Shown one piece after another: positions 12,254 to 26,533 of a stretch of 64,000 nucleotides of DNA (position 1 is the stretch's first letter; every line of letters starts with the position of its first letter). This DNA comes from the human T2T-CHM13v2.0 reference genome, Homo sapiens. Position numbers and translations under genes: made by a program. The notes below the pieces were generated by a model, which made no database searches, was not told where the DNA came from, and saw only the letters and a list, made by a program, of their open reading frames with translations. The DNA is taken from the NCBI RefSeq assembly GCF_009914755.1, contig NC_060926.1. One strand, written 5' to 3'.

Positions 12254-15064
12254 CTCACCAACGTGGGCTTCATCAGTAACTAAGGAATGGACACTGACCA
12301 GCAGTGGCCAATGAGACGTGAGGGAGGCCTGTGGGGGCTGGAGGGTGGAGAGTCTTATGGAGGCAGAGAGGAGAAGATGATTTGCACAGGATGCCCACAT
12401 CCTTTGTAGCAATCTCCTTAGGCACTCAAGGATAATGGCAAAGTACTGGACGAGATGGGAGGACAGAGCTTAGAGCAGGGCAGAGGAGCTGCCACTGGCC
12501 ACACCAGGCTCAGGGGTGATGTTAAGCCATTTCCTAATGTTTGAGCCAATTGGAGCCACCGTTTCCCATCATCTGCAGCCAAAGCCATCCTAAATGATAC
12601 AATGCTATTCAGTTACTCAACAAAGACCAAAATGCTCTCACCTCTGCGATAAAGCCATAAAGAGACCAAGAATTTTTCAACATGGTCGCAAATATGGATG
12701 TCTGTTTTCTCTGGTGAAATTCTTAAATGCTTATTTATAAAGAAAGGAATTTCATTCCATGTGCTTTAACTTGTGAGTAATTAAAGACATCAATAAGGTA
12801 CTACACTATTTCTTTTTAAACAGAACACAATATGGATTGATTGGGGGCACCCTCAAGCATACCTCCCTTACACCATCATCTCAAGACTGTCTATGGAGCT
12901 ATTATTACTTGTAATCACAACATTAACATCATTCAAAACCACAATCTCTTTCTCATTTATAGTTTAAGGAACACACAGAAAGCTCATAGTACTGTGATCA
13001 AAGGCACATCACGCCTATATTAGACCAAGAGTTTATTGTATCTTATCTATTCATAATAAACACATAATATGTAGTAAACAAGACCAAAACTCTAAAGCTA
13101 GGATGCCGAAAAACCTGCTCCAAAACCCACTGCTCCTGTCCAGTTAAGACAATGGCTGACTCTAATGGTGAAGATACTTGTTTGGAGCAAAATGATCACA
13201 CTTCTCTCCGTAGCCCAGTTACTGCAGGTAAACATAGGTAGAGTTCGGACAGCTTGATAGTAAATTCCAAGGAACAAATGCAATGCAGGGAGAGAAGGAT
13301 GCAACGGGCAGCCCACAGATCTCGTGCTGGTGGAGTAATGCACTTACCCCATGCGGGACATTTTCTATATGACGGGCAGTAAATTTCCATGGATTCATAA
13401 GCTCCCCAGCAGATCTCACTTATAACTCACGTGTGCTTCCCACCAAAAAACAAGCAAGCAAAAGGCTGGAGCAAGGAGTATCCGTGTGGGCTATGCCAAC
13501 AATGCAGTGACAGTGACTTCTCAGCATGGTACCAGCAAGACGCAGTGTACGTCAGCACCAAGACACTTGGGGTTTTAGTAGAAGCTCCAGAAAGGCAGAG
13601 ATTCCCTTCGCAACTAACTCACACATCACAGGAGAACTAGCCAATCTGATGTCAAAGACTACCTAATTATGAATCAAAGCTAAGAGCCTATAAGTTATCC
13701 ACACTTTCCCACAGACCAATTTTAATAATGCACAAACACTAATCTTGGCTACCTCCTTTGGTGCCATAAATATTTGACTACAGTGTCTCTAAACAGATTA
13801 AAGGTTTCTGAATCATACACCCCATCTATTAAAACTCTTCTATGTTCCCCACAATGACTGGCAACCTTTGGGGCACACACTTAATACCTGTTGATGAATT
13901 CTAAGTCAGAGTGAAGAATTCCAGGTCAGAGTGAAGATGTCATATTAACAAATAACACTATTTTAAAATAAATTTAGTTATAACCGTTAGTACATTTGGA
14001 TTTGGAAAATAGTCAACAACTCTAGAATGAGGAAATGTTTTAAAGGCCTCTGAACAACTTTGAAGCTTCGAACACTGTGTTTCAAAGAGCAGCATCTTCA
14101 AGCCCTTCCTCGGAAGACAAGTGTGCCCTTTCAACTGCCCACAGTCCCAACCTGTGTCACCATCTGGTTTCTAAATCCACAAGAGAACATAATTGTGGAT
14201 GAGGAGAGAAAAGGGGTGGCTCTAAACAGAAATGCAGGTGATTCAGCAAGCTATAAAAGATGATTAATTCAGAGCAAAATAGATTGGGGAGAAGGAAGCA
14301 AAAATACAGGAATTAATAAGACCCCATAACCTAGGGCAGTTCGTTTTGGATGGAATTTGAAACACTAGCATGTACTCACAAAGCCATAAGAGCAACACTG
14401 TATTACAGTTTGTGTAAGGAGCTGTTCTTAGTCACCGCCAAGAATCACTGGGGTTTACCCGCAGTAAGCTCTAGCTAAAAAGTAGTAAACATCAAAATAT
14501 GTTTTGAAAGGTTTTCATCTAAATGTTTTAAGTTTGATGTTTAACTTCAATAAACATAGGTACTTCGTAAAACTCAAGAAAGTAACCCCATACAATTGCA
14601 ATCTGTCAATTAACAAATAAAAACATTAAAAAGAATAACCCTAAATATTTCACATAGCTAAGATTTTAATCCAAATTTTTTAAAAAAATTGAGTTAAACT
14701 CATGTAAAGGCACTGTAGAAAGAGATGTTCGTCACATCCCACTGCAGATTAGTGGAGAAGCCGCCCTCTGTGAAGCAATGGGCTCCACAGAGAGAGGCAG
14801 ACACCAGTACCACGGGTCAAATCTGATGGCAGATATTCAGAAACCACGCATCACAAAAAGGCTGCAACCAGCAAGACCCCGCATGGTACCAGTCTGATAT
14901 ACCACTTCCTGGGCCCCACCCGAGAATCTTCAGAGGCCCCACTGGCTACCCTGATACACCCCACAGAGTGTGAGTGTCACCTTAGCTGAGAAACCCCCAT
15001 TGCCACTCCCAGGCAGTAAAGGAGGTTTCACTCCCCAACCCCTCATAAGCTATGCTAAATACAC

Positions 15065-16975
15065 GTGAGTCGGGGGCACACCCAGCATGGCCCCGGTACA
15101 CTCTAGAGTGTTCACACTGAGCCAGGTGCACACCCAACACAGCCCTGGTACACTCTAGAGCATTCACCGTGAGTCAGGTGCACACCCAGCATGGCCCCGA
15201 TACACTCTAGAGCATTCACAGTGAGTCAGGTGCACACCCAACACGGCCCCGATACACTCTAGAGCTTTCACAGTGAGTCAGGTGGACACCCAACACGGCC
15301 CTGATACGCTCTAGAGCTTTCACAGTGAGTCAGGTGCACACTCAACACGACCCTGATACGCTCTAGAGCGTTCACAGTGACCCAGGTGCACACCCAACAC
15401 GGCCCTGATACACTCTAGAGCTTTCACAGTGAGTCAGGTGCACACCCAACACGGCCCTGATACACTCTAGAGCTTTCACAGTGAGTCAGGTGCACACCCA
15501 ACATGGCCCTGATACGCTCTAGAGCATTCACAGTGAGTCAGGTGCACACCCAACACGGCCCCGATACGCTCTAGAGCATTCACAGTGAGTCAGGTGCACA
15601 CCCAGCAGGGCCCTGGTATACTCTAGAGCATTCACAGTGAGTCAGGTGCACACTCAACACGACCCTGGTATACTCTAGAGCTTTCACAGTGAGTCAGGTG
15701 GACACCCAACACGGCCCTGATACGCTCTAGAGCTTTCACAGTGAGTCAGGTGCACACCCACCATGGCCCTGATACACTCTAGAGCATTCACAGTGAGTCA
15801 GGTGGACACCCAACACGGCCCTGATACGCTCTAGAGCTTTCACAGTGAGTCAGGTGCACACTCAACACGACCCTGATACACTCTAGAGCGTTCACAGTGA
15901 CCCAGGTGCACACCCAACACGGCCCTGATACACTCTAGAGCTTTCACAGTGAGTCAGGTGCACACCCAACATGGCCCTGATACGCTCTAGAGCTTTCACA
16001 GTGAGTCAGGTGCACACCCAACACGGCCCCGATACGCTCTAGAGCATTCACAGTGAGTCAGGTGCACACCCAGCAGGGCCCTGGTATACTCTAGAGCATT
16101 CACAGTGAGTCAGGTGCACACTCAACACGACCCTGGTATACTCTAGAGCATTCACAGTGACTCAGGTGCACACCCAACACGGCCCTGGTATACTCTAGAG
16201 CATTCACAGTGACTCAGGTGCACACCCAGCACGGCCCTGGTATACTCTAGAGCATTCACAGTGAGTCAGGTGGACACCCAACACGGCCCTGATACACTCT
16301 AGAGCTTTCACAGTGAGTCAGGTGCACACCCAGCATGGCCCTGGTATACTCTAGAGCATTCACAGTGAGTCAGGTGCACACTCAACACGACCCTGGTATA
16401 TTCTAGAGCATTCACAGTGAGTCAGGTGCACACTCAACACGACCCTGGTATACTCTAGAGCATTCACAGTGACTCAGGTGCACACCCAACACGGCCCTGA
16501 TACGTTCTAGAGCTTTCACAGTGAGTGAGTCAGGTGCACACTCAACACGGCCCTGATATGCTCTAGAGCTTTCACAGTGAGTCAGGTGCACACCCAATAC
16601 AGCCCTGATATGCTCTAGAGCTTTCACAGTGAGTCAGGTGCACACCCAACACGGCCCTGGTATGCTCTAGAGCATTCACAGTGAGTCAGGTGCACACCAA
16701 GCATGGCTCTGGTATACTCTAGAGCATTCACAGTGAGTCAGGTGCACACTCAACATGACCCTGGTATATTCTAGAGCATTCACAGTGACTCAGGTGCACA
16801 CCCAACACAACCCTGGTATACTCTAGAGCATTCACAGTGACTCAGGTGCACACCCAACACGGCCCTGGTATGCTCTAGAGCTTTCACAGTGAGTCAGGTG
16901 CACACCCGGCATGGCTCTGGTACACTCTAGAGCATTCACAGTGAGTCCATGCACATGATGGCCCCAGTACATTCT
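15065..16975. repeat. Minisatellite/VNTR, 52-bp unit, ~36 copies (GTGAGTCAGGTGCACACCCAACACGGCCCTGATACACTCTAGAGCTTTCACA)
   Basis: Period of 52 measured between gtgagtca at 15221 and 15273. Confidence 0.97.
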
Positions 16976-16980
16976 TAGGG

Positions 16981-17308
16981 CAGGAGTTCCCAACCCCCAG
17001 ACTGTGGACTGGTACCAATCCATATCCTGTTAGGAACTAGGCCGCACAGCAGGAGGTGAGGAGTGGGCAAGTGACATTACAGCCTGAGCTCTGTCTCCTG
17101 TCAAATCAGGAGGCATTAGATTCTCATAGGAGCGGGAACCCTGTTGTGAACTGTGCATGAGAGGGATCTAGGCTGCACACTCCTTATGAGAATCTAATGC
17201 CTGATGATCTGAGGTGGAAGTTTCATCCCAAAACTAGCCACCCTGGTCCATGGAAAAATTGTCTTCCACGAAACTGGTCCCTGTTGCTGAAAATATTGGG
17301 GACCACTG
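16981..17308 (+). mobile_element. MER1B hAT-Charlie DNA transposon inside the minisatellite
   Basis: caggagttcccaaccccc...gcattagattctcataggagc...gagaatctaatgcctgatgatctgag...ttggggaccactg, with terminal inverted repeats. Confidence 0.9.
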
Positions 17309-19432
17309 CCATAGAGCATTTACAATGAGGCAGGTATGCACACACACAATGGTCATAGAACATTCTAGAGCATTTATAGAGTCAGGAACACATGCACACA
17401 ATGGCCGAGGTATACACTAGAGCATTCATAGTGAGTCGGGGACACACGCACACAATGGCCATGGTACATTTTACAGCATTTATAGAGTCAAGTGCACGTG
17501 CACACAATGGCTGTAGTACATTCTAGAGCATTTATAGAGTCAGGTACATACACTCACAATGGCTGAAATAAGTGAGTCAGGTGCACATGTGCATGATGGC
17601 CGTGGTACATTCTAGAGCATTTATAGAGTCAGGTGCACACACACACAATGACCATGGTACACTCTAGAGCATTCACAGTGAGTTGAGGACACATGCACAC
17701 AATGGCTATTTGTGCATGTGTACATTTTAAAGCATTTATAGTCAGGTGCACACACGCGATTACCATGGTACACTCTAGAGCATTCACAGTGACTCAGGAA
17801 CACAAGCACACAATGGCCGAGGTACACTCTAGAACACTCACAGTGAGTCCGGAACACACGCACACAATGGCCGAGGTACACTCTAGAACATTCACGGTGA
17901 GTCCGGAACACACGCACACAATGGCCGAGGTGCACACTAGAGCATTCACGGTGAGTCGGGAACACACGTACACAATGGCCGAGGTACACTCTAGAGCATT
18001 CACAGTCAGTTAAGGACACATGCACACAATGGCCATGGTACATTTTACAGCATTTATAGTCAGGTGCACACGCACACGATGACCATGGTACACTCTAGAA
18101 CACTCACAGTGAGTCAGGAACACACGCACACAATGGCCGAGGTACACTCTAGAACACTCACAGTGAGTCGGGAACACACGCACACAATGGCCGAGGTACA
18201 CTCTAGAACACTCACAGTGAGTCGGGAACACACGCACACAATGGCCGAGGTACACTCTAGAACACTCACAGTGAGTCGGGAACACACGCACACAATGGCC
18301 GAGGTACACTCTAGAACACTCACAGTGAGTCGGGAACACACGCACACAATGGCCGAGGTACACTCTAGAACACTCACAGTGAGTCGGGAACACACGCACA
18401 CAATGGCCGAGGTACACTCTAGAACACTCACAGTGAGTCGGGAACACACGCACACAATGGCCGAGGTACACTCTAGAACACTCACAGTGAGTCGGGAACA
18501 CACGCACACAATGGCCGAGGTACACTCTAGAACACTCACAGTGAGTCGGGAACACACGCACACAATGGCCGAGGTACACTCTAGAACACTCACAGTGAGT
18601 CGGGAACACACGCACACAATGGCCGAGGTACACTCTAGAACACTCACAGTGAGTCGGGAACACACGCACACAATGGCCGAGGTACACTCTAGAGCACTCA
18701 CAGTGAGTCGGGAACACACGCACACAATGGCCGAGGTACACTCTAGAGCACTCACAGTGAGTCGGGAACACACGCACACAATGGCCGAGGTACACTCTAG
18801 AGCACTCACAGTGAGTCGGGAACACACGCACACAATGGCCGAGGTACACTCTAGAGCACTCACAGTGAGTCGGGAACACACGCACACAATGGCCGAGGTA
18901 CACTCTAGAGCACTCACAGTGAGTCGGGAACACACGCACACAATGGCCGAGGTACACTCTAGAGCACTCACAGTGAGTCGGGAACACACGCACACAATGG
19001 CCGAGGTACACTCTAGAGCACTCACAGTGAGTCGGGAACACACGCACACAATGGCCGAGGTACACTCTAGAGCACTCACAGTGAGTCGGGAACACACGCA
19101 CACAATGGCCGAGGTACACTCTAGAGCACTCACAGTGAGTCGGGAACACACGCACACAATGGCCGAGGTACACTCTAGAGCACTCACAGTGAGTCGGGAA
19201 CACACGCACACAATGGCCGAGGTACACTCTAGAGCACTCACAGTGAGTCCGGAACACACGCACACAATGGCCGAGGTACACTCTAGAACACTCACAGTGA
19301 GTCGGGAACACACGCACACAATGGCCGAGGTACACTCTAGAACATTCACAGTCAGTTGAGGACACAAGCCCACAATGGCCGAGATACACTCTAGAGCATT
19401 TATAGAGTCAGGTGCACATGCACACGATGGCC
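17309..19432. repeat. Minisatellite/VNTR, 54-bp unit (GTGAGTCGGGAACACACGCACACAATGGCCGAGGTACACTCTAGA(A/G)CACTCACA), near-perfect core ~18090-19345
   Basis: Exact 54-bp periodicity in the core and diverged units at both edges. Homologous to the 52-bp unit. Confidence 0.97.
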
Positions 19433-22400
19433 ACAGACAGCTCTGGGACACATTTTGAAGCATCCATTTCACGTCCTAAGGAGCTGATGGTCATAATCAA
19501 TGCTCCTGAAAACTTGTTTCCCAAATCCCCTCGCGGTTTTTTTTTTGTTTGTTTCACAAGACACTTATGTATGCATTTGAATGGGTACCAATTCCAAAGT
19601 GGTAGAGATTCAAAGCCGAATCAAACATTTGCCTCTACATGCACATCCAGCAGCACAGCATCCTGCACTTAAGAGCAGCATGTGCTCTAAAAGACACTCT
19701 CCCTGCAGACATATCACTGCAACGCCTTCTTCCCCTGGCTAGAAGAAAATGGGTCATCTTAGCCTAGTTTTGCTCCAGGTGTGGAATAAAATAAGTGGGG
19801 GAGAGGACTGTATTTCCTGCAGGAAATCGTGGTGTGCTATTCCACTCATTTTCTCTGCATGCGACTGATTTTATATCTGCCTTGGCGTGGGCCAAGGGAT
19901 ATACTTCTCTATGAAAAAGCTCATATTTCTCAGTCATATTATCAGAGGAAGCAATAAAATGAGTTTCAAGTGGCTGTATAAGTAACTTTTTAGATCTATG
20001 AAGAAAAAATATAATTCAAAAAGAAGCAAAAAAAGGCTTAAAGACTACAGGAGGTAATATTGATTTGCTTTAGAAAATAACCTGGCTTCGAGTTCTCACA
20101 GGTAAAGCTTTCAAGAAATGCTTCTTGGGTTCTGAAGATCACAGGGAACATTGTAAGGCTGTGATGAAGTCTGCAAAGAGCACAGGGAAATGAAGGAAGG
20201 TCACATGGCACTTGAGCCTCGGTACCAACTGAGTCTGTGGGAGGGAGGCCTGGGCGTGGAGGGCCCTGAAGAATGACTGCCAGACTGAAAACCTGTCACC
20301 TGGGTAGATGGGTGCATGATGACATCGTGGATTCGCTTTCAGAGAGACCAGATCGAGATATCATCTTGCTAGGAGTCTAGGAAACCAACTACACAAACAG
20401 AAGCTTCGTGGCTTTCTGGAAACACAGCCATGGGTGGTGGCTACATGTTTGCAGAGTAGTGACGGGCGGTTCCCTAACCAATCACGGTTTTGTGTGTCTT
20501 TCTTGTTAAGAGATAAATGTCAAGGCAAAGAGGGAAAGGGTCAAGAAAGACAATTCAGAAGAATCTGAGCCCAGGAGCCTCAGGGTCCTACAAACTGCCC
20601 AAGCCTGAGACTGGCAAGATGGATTATTCTTCACAGGACCAGGACTGAAGCTGGAAGGGCACATAGCTTACAATAAAATGCGTAGTTTGCAGATGACAAC
20701 GAAGAGAGATGTGGCCTACTTCCTATCACTTGGCCTGCACATTCTCAGGCCTTGGTCGAAACACCACTTCCTCCCACGGAGTTGACTGATCCACAAAGGT
20801 CGCTGGGACTTTCCCTGGTCCTTTCCCGTGGCAGCCTGCACTCCCCCTACACATGCAACACATTGATCACCACCGGCACCCGGTTTCCTGGCCAGACTCT
20901 CAACTGTATGAGCAACGAGCTCACACCTCCCACTCATGGGAATATGCAAGCAGCCAGCTCAGGCTGTGACAGGCACCTAAGAGGCCTTTAGTAAACTGTG
21001 TGCTGACGAAGGAGGAGGGAAGAATTCATCCCGCCCCCTCTGAGTATGTGAGGATGTTTTGCGCGTTCTTAAATGTATAAAAAATAAACTTAGAAAAAGT
21101 CTGTTTATCAAGTACAAGTCAGTGAAGACTGGTTCACCCTAGAACCCCATGGAAAGGGTTTGCTACTCAGTATCCAAAGCGCCCCACTAAAAAAGAGGCT
21201 TTGCTTGTGAATCAATTCGCAAGGGGCTGCTGGGGCCAGGTCAAGGTGCAGCCCTGTAGGTGGCCCCCAGGGTGGACACCTGCCCTCTGCTCTCTCTATG
21301 CTCCTCCTCCCAAACCTGCTCACTCCCATTCTGAGGGCTGGAACGGCATGGCGGCATGCCTGTGGACAAAGCCAGAACCAATTCGTCCAGTGGACTCCCC
21401 AGCTCCGACCACATGTCCCATGTGACCCCTAAACTCCCCATGTATCAAGCAGAAAGTGCTCCTCTGTGGCACCCACCTCTTCCAACCAAGAGAACCATCC
21501 CGGGAACAAACGCTTCAGAGTAGTTACACCTCTCTATCATTCTCAAACTCTAAATGCAAAACAAAGCTCACTGAATTGTACTTTTTAATGTCTGTTGTGT
21601 TGCCTTTTCTTCAATCTAACCTAAGATCTGGCCATGACTTTATTTCATTCCAGGTTGTCTGGAGACACCGCCTGCCTGATTCCCGCCTTACCGGCTAAAT
21701 TTGTCTCCCTGTAGTCTCTGCCTGGTCCCATCTCGGCCTGTATTTGCCGTTTTCCATCATTAAAACAAGAAAACATACAGTGTCTTACTTTAAGGACTCA
21801 CCATCCAGACACAGTCTTAGGCTCAAGTGCTACTTCCAACAGGAAGTCAGCTTCAACCCTGCCGTAAGAGCAACCGGCACTTACGCAGCTCCTACCATGC
21901 GCCCGGCTTTACCTCTAATAGTCACATCCGCCTTACTTTACACCTTAGGTTGCTCAACTAGAAAGATTCAGAATTGGGTGATACACACCTGCCCATCCAA
22001 CCAGCCCTGATTGCCAAACAGGTTTCACCTCAAAGGACCAGAGGTGCCTGACTGGACACTCTATCACAAGGCTCCAGGCTCTGCTGCAGGGCCCCATGAT
22101 CAAGGCACACTGCCTGCCCCATACACAGGCAGGAAGAGGCAGCCCCGTGTGAAAGTTTTCTGCCACTCTAGCAGAGGCTGAGCTGCCCAGGGATAACTGC
22201 TCCAACAAGACCTCCCCACCACACGCAGTCCTTCAACATCCCAGCATGGACATCTCCCTAATTCAAATGCAAGCTCCCTCAGTAACAGCACTGCACCTAC
22301 CGAGCTGAACATCGGGCTCACCTGAGTCCCTGCTGGCAATGCCACCAGCAATGCCACAACCTGCCGGAACCCCTGTTACATCTGAAGAGGAACTTGCCTA

Positions 22401-22766
22401 CTCCAAGGGCTGCCTAAGAGTTCATGAGATATCTGAATCCCAGCACCGGAGCTCCTCCACTGGGGGCTGCAGCCTGTGACCGGCCATGAAGACACATCAG
22501 GGTGCCGGGGCCAGCACGAGGCTGGAGTGAAGCACAGTGTGCCACAGGTTTTCAATGTGAGTACTCCCTTGTAAACAGTTTATTTCAGTTACGTGCATAT
22601 CTATTTACATGTGTGGGGGAAGTCATTATGTAAAACTATCTATAGGTCCAATCAAAACAAATTTGGAAAATACTGCTTCAGATCATACTGTTGGCTTTTT
22701 CCCCCCCAGATTTATTGAAGTGTCCTTGACAAACAGAATTTGTGTATATTTAGGTAGTACACTGTG

Positions 22767-23090
<324 letters not shown>

Positions 23091-24239
23091 GCAATGTGAT
23101 GTTTTGATATGCACACACATTGTGAAATGACTGCCACAATTAACTAATAACATATCCATCAACTCATATAGTTAACTCCCTTTTTTTTGTCATGCACACA
23201 CTTAAGATGCACTCTCTTAGCCAATTTCAAGTACACAATACACTATTATTAACTACAGTTCTCGTGCTGTACATGAGGTGTCCAGAATGTATTCATCTTA
23301 TAAGCTGAACGTTCCTAACCTTTGACCAGCACCTCCCACTTTCCAACCCCTCCCACCAGCCTCTGGTAACCACCATTGTACTCTTCCTTTCTAGAAGTTT
23401 GACTTTTTCAGACTCCACAGGTGAGATCGCGCAGTATTTGTCTTTCTCTGTCTCATTTTACTTAGCATAATGTCCTCCAGGTTCGTCCATATTGTTTCAA
23501 ACGGCAGGACGGCCTTCTTTGTAAAGACTGAACAATATTCCACTCTATATGTATCTACCACAATTTCTTTATCCCTTCGTCTGTCAAATGGACAATTGCG
23601 TATTTTCTACATCTTGGCTACTGTGAATAAAGCTGCCTTTGACATGGAGGTGCAGGGATCTCTTTGAGCTAATGATTTCATTTCCTTTGGATATATACCC
23701 AGAATGGGACTGCTGGGTTGTAGCTCTATTTTTAATTTTTGAGGAACCTCCAAACTGTTTTCCATTATGTTCATTCCCACCTTGAATATATAAAAGTGTT
23801 TCCTTTTCTCCACATTCTCCCCAAGACTTATCTTTTGTCTTTTTCATACTGGCCATCCTAACAGGTGTGAGGTGATGTCTCATTGCGGTTTTGATTTCCA
23901 TTTTTCTGATGGTTAGTGATGTTGAGCACGTTTTCATATGCCTATTGGATATCTGTATGTCTTCTTTAGAAAAATGTCTATTCAAGTGCTTTGCTCATTT
24001 CTAAACTGGGTTATTTTGTTTGCTTGCTATCGAGTTGTATGAGTTCCTTATGTATTTTGGATATTAATCCCTTATTGGATATATGGTTTCTTCCACTCTG
24101 TACGCTGCCTTTTCATTTTGCCGATGTTTCTTTTGCTGTGCAGAAACTTTTAAATCTGATGTACTCTCATTTGTTTATTTTTGCTTTTGCTGCCTGTGCC
24201 TTTGTGTCTTATCCAAAAGATCATTGCCAAGGCCAATAC

Positions 24240-26533
24240 TGATAAGGTTTGGCTTGGTGTTCTCACCCAAATCTCATGTCAAATTGTAATTCCCAGTGTT
24301 GGAGGAGGGGCCTGGTGGGAGGTGATGGTATCATGGGGACAGGTTTCTCCCATGCTGTTCTCATGACAGTGAATAAGTCCCACAAGATCTGATGGTTTTA
24401 TAAAGGGCAGTTCCCCTGCACATGCTCTCTTGCCTGCTGCCATGTAAGACATGCCTTTGTTCCTCCTTCACCTTCCCATGATTGTGAGGTCTCCCCAGCC
24501 CTGTGGAACTGTAAGTCCATTGAACCTCTTTTTCTTTATAAATTATCCAGTCTCAGTTATGCCTTTATTAGCAGCATGAAAACAGACAAATACGGTAAAT
24601 TGGTACTGCAGAGAGTGAGGCACTGCTGTAAAGACACCCGAAAATGTGGAAGTGACATTAGAACTGGGTAACAGGCAGAGGTTGGAACAGTTTGGAGAGC
24701 TCAGAAGAAGACAGGAAAATGTGGAAAAGTTTGGAACTCCTACCTGGAGACTTGGAGGGCTCACAAGACAAGAAGATGCAGGAAAGTTTGGACCTTCCTA
24801 CAGACTTGTTGAATGTCTTTGACCAAAATGCTTACACTGATATGGACAATAAAGTCGAGGCTGAGGTGGTCCGATATGGAGAACTGGAGTAATGGTCACT
24901 TGCTATGCTTTAGCAAAGAAACTGGTGGCATTTTGCCCCCACCTGAGAGATCTGTGGAACTTTGAACTCGAGAGAGATGACTTAGGGAATCTGGCAGAAG
25001 AAATTTCTAAGTGGAAATGCATTCAAGAGGAAGCAGAGCATAAAAGTTTGGAAAATTTGCAGCCTGACTATGTAATAGAAAAGAAAAAACCATTTTCTGG
25101 GGAGAAATTCAAGCCTGCTGCAGAAATTTGCATAAGTAACAAGAAGTCGAATGTTAATCACCAACACAATGGGGAAAATTTCTCCAGGGCATGTCAGAGA
25201 CCTTCACGGAAGCTGCTCCCATCACAGGCCCAGAGGCCTAAGAGAAAAAAAATGGTTTCACAGGCCAGGCCTACGGCCCCCCTGCTCTGTGCAGCCTTGG
25301 GACATGCTGCCCTGCATCCCAGCTGCTCCTGCTCCAGCTGTGGCTAAAAGGGGCCAAGGTATAGCTCAGGCCATTGCTTCAGAGGGTATAAGCCCCAAGC
25401 CTTGGTGCTTCCACATGGTACCGAGCCCGTGGGTGAAAAGAAGTCAAGAACTGAGGTATGGAAACCTCTGCCTAGATTTCAGAGGATGTATGACAATGTC
25501 TGGATGTCTAGGCAGAAGTCTGCTGAAGGGGCAGAGCCCTTATGAAGAACCTCTGCTAGGGAGTTGGAGCCCCCACACAGAGTGCCCCACTGGGGCACAG
25601 CCTAGTGAAGCTGTGAGAAGAGGGCCACCATCCTCCAGACCCAAGAATGGTAGATCCACCAACAGCTTGCACTGTGTGCCTGGAAAAGCTGCAGACACTC
25701 AATGCCGGCCCATGAAAGCAGCCAGTCGGGTGTACCCTGTGAAGCCACAGTGGCAGAGCTGCCCAAGGAATCTGGGAGCCCACCTCTTGCATCAGCATGA
25801 CCTGCATGTGAGACATGGAGTCAAAGGAGATCATTTTGGAACTTTAAGGTTTAATGACTGCTCTGTTGGACTTTCAACTTGCCTGGGGCCTGTAGCCCCT
25901 TTGTTTTGGCCAATTTCTCCCATTTGGAATGGGTGTATTTGCTCAATGCCTGTACCACCATTATATCTAGGAAGTAACTAAGTTGCTTTTGATTTTACAG
26001 ATGCATAGGCAGAAGGGACTTGCCTTGTCTCAGATGAAACTTTGGACTTGGACTTTTGGGTTAATGCTGGAATGAGTTAAGACTTTGGGGGACTGTTGCA
26101 AGGTCATGATTGTGTTTTGAAATGTGAGGACGTAAGATCTGGGAGGCGGAAGGCGCAGAATGATATGGTTTGGCTGTGTCCCCACCCAAATTTCATCCTG
26201 GATTATAATCCCCACAACCCCCACATGTGAAGGGCAGGACCAGGTGGAAATAATTGAATCATGGGGGCAATTTCTCCCATGCTGTTCTTGTGATAATGAG
26301 TGAGTCTCATGAGACCTGATGGTTTTATCAGCATCTGGCATTTCCCCTGCTTGCACTCACTCCATCCTGCCACTCTGTGAAGAAGGTGCCTGCTTCTTCT
26401 TTGCGTTCCACCATGATTGTAAGTTTCCTGAGGCCTCCCCAGCAATGTGGAACTGTGAGTTAAGCCCTTTTCCTTTATAAATTACCTAGTCTCAGGTATG
26501 TCTTTATTAGCAGCATGAGAACAGACTAATATA
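24240..26533 (+). mobile_element. THE1/MSTA-type MaLR element: LTR 24240-24594, internal 24595-26160, LTR 26161-26533
   Basis: LTR starts tgataaggtttggct and tgatatggtttggctgtgtcccc; LTR ends aacagacaaatacg and aacagactaatata. THE1-internal text (gtaaattggtact...gaactttgaactcgagagagatga). Confidence 0.92.

Noticed and set aside
15065-19432. CRISPR-like appearance of regularly spaced repeats with a palindromic CTCTAGAG
   Set aside because: There are no unique spacers and no cas genes, and the context is a primate intron. These are head-to-tail minisatellite units.
18010-19472. Three long ORFs (459, 431, 452 aa), including a Cys/His-rich (THCECSRVYLGHCVRVFP)n that mimics a metal-binding repeat protein
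   Set aside because: The 54-bp unit is a multiple of 3 and stop-free in several frames, so long ORFs on both strands are expected. There is no unique domain, promoter or splice evidence.
24892-25981. 151-aa and 276-aa ORFs
   Set aside because: They lie within THE1 internal sequence and are decayed MaLR ORF remnants, not a host gene.
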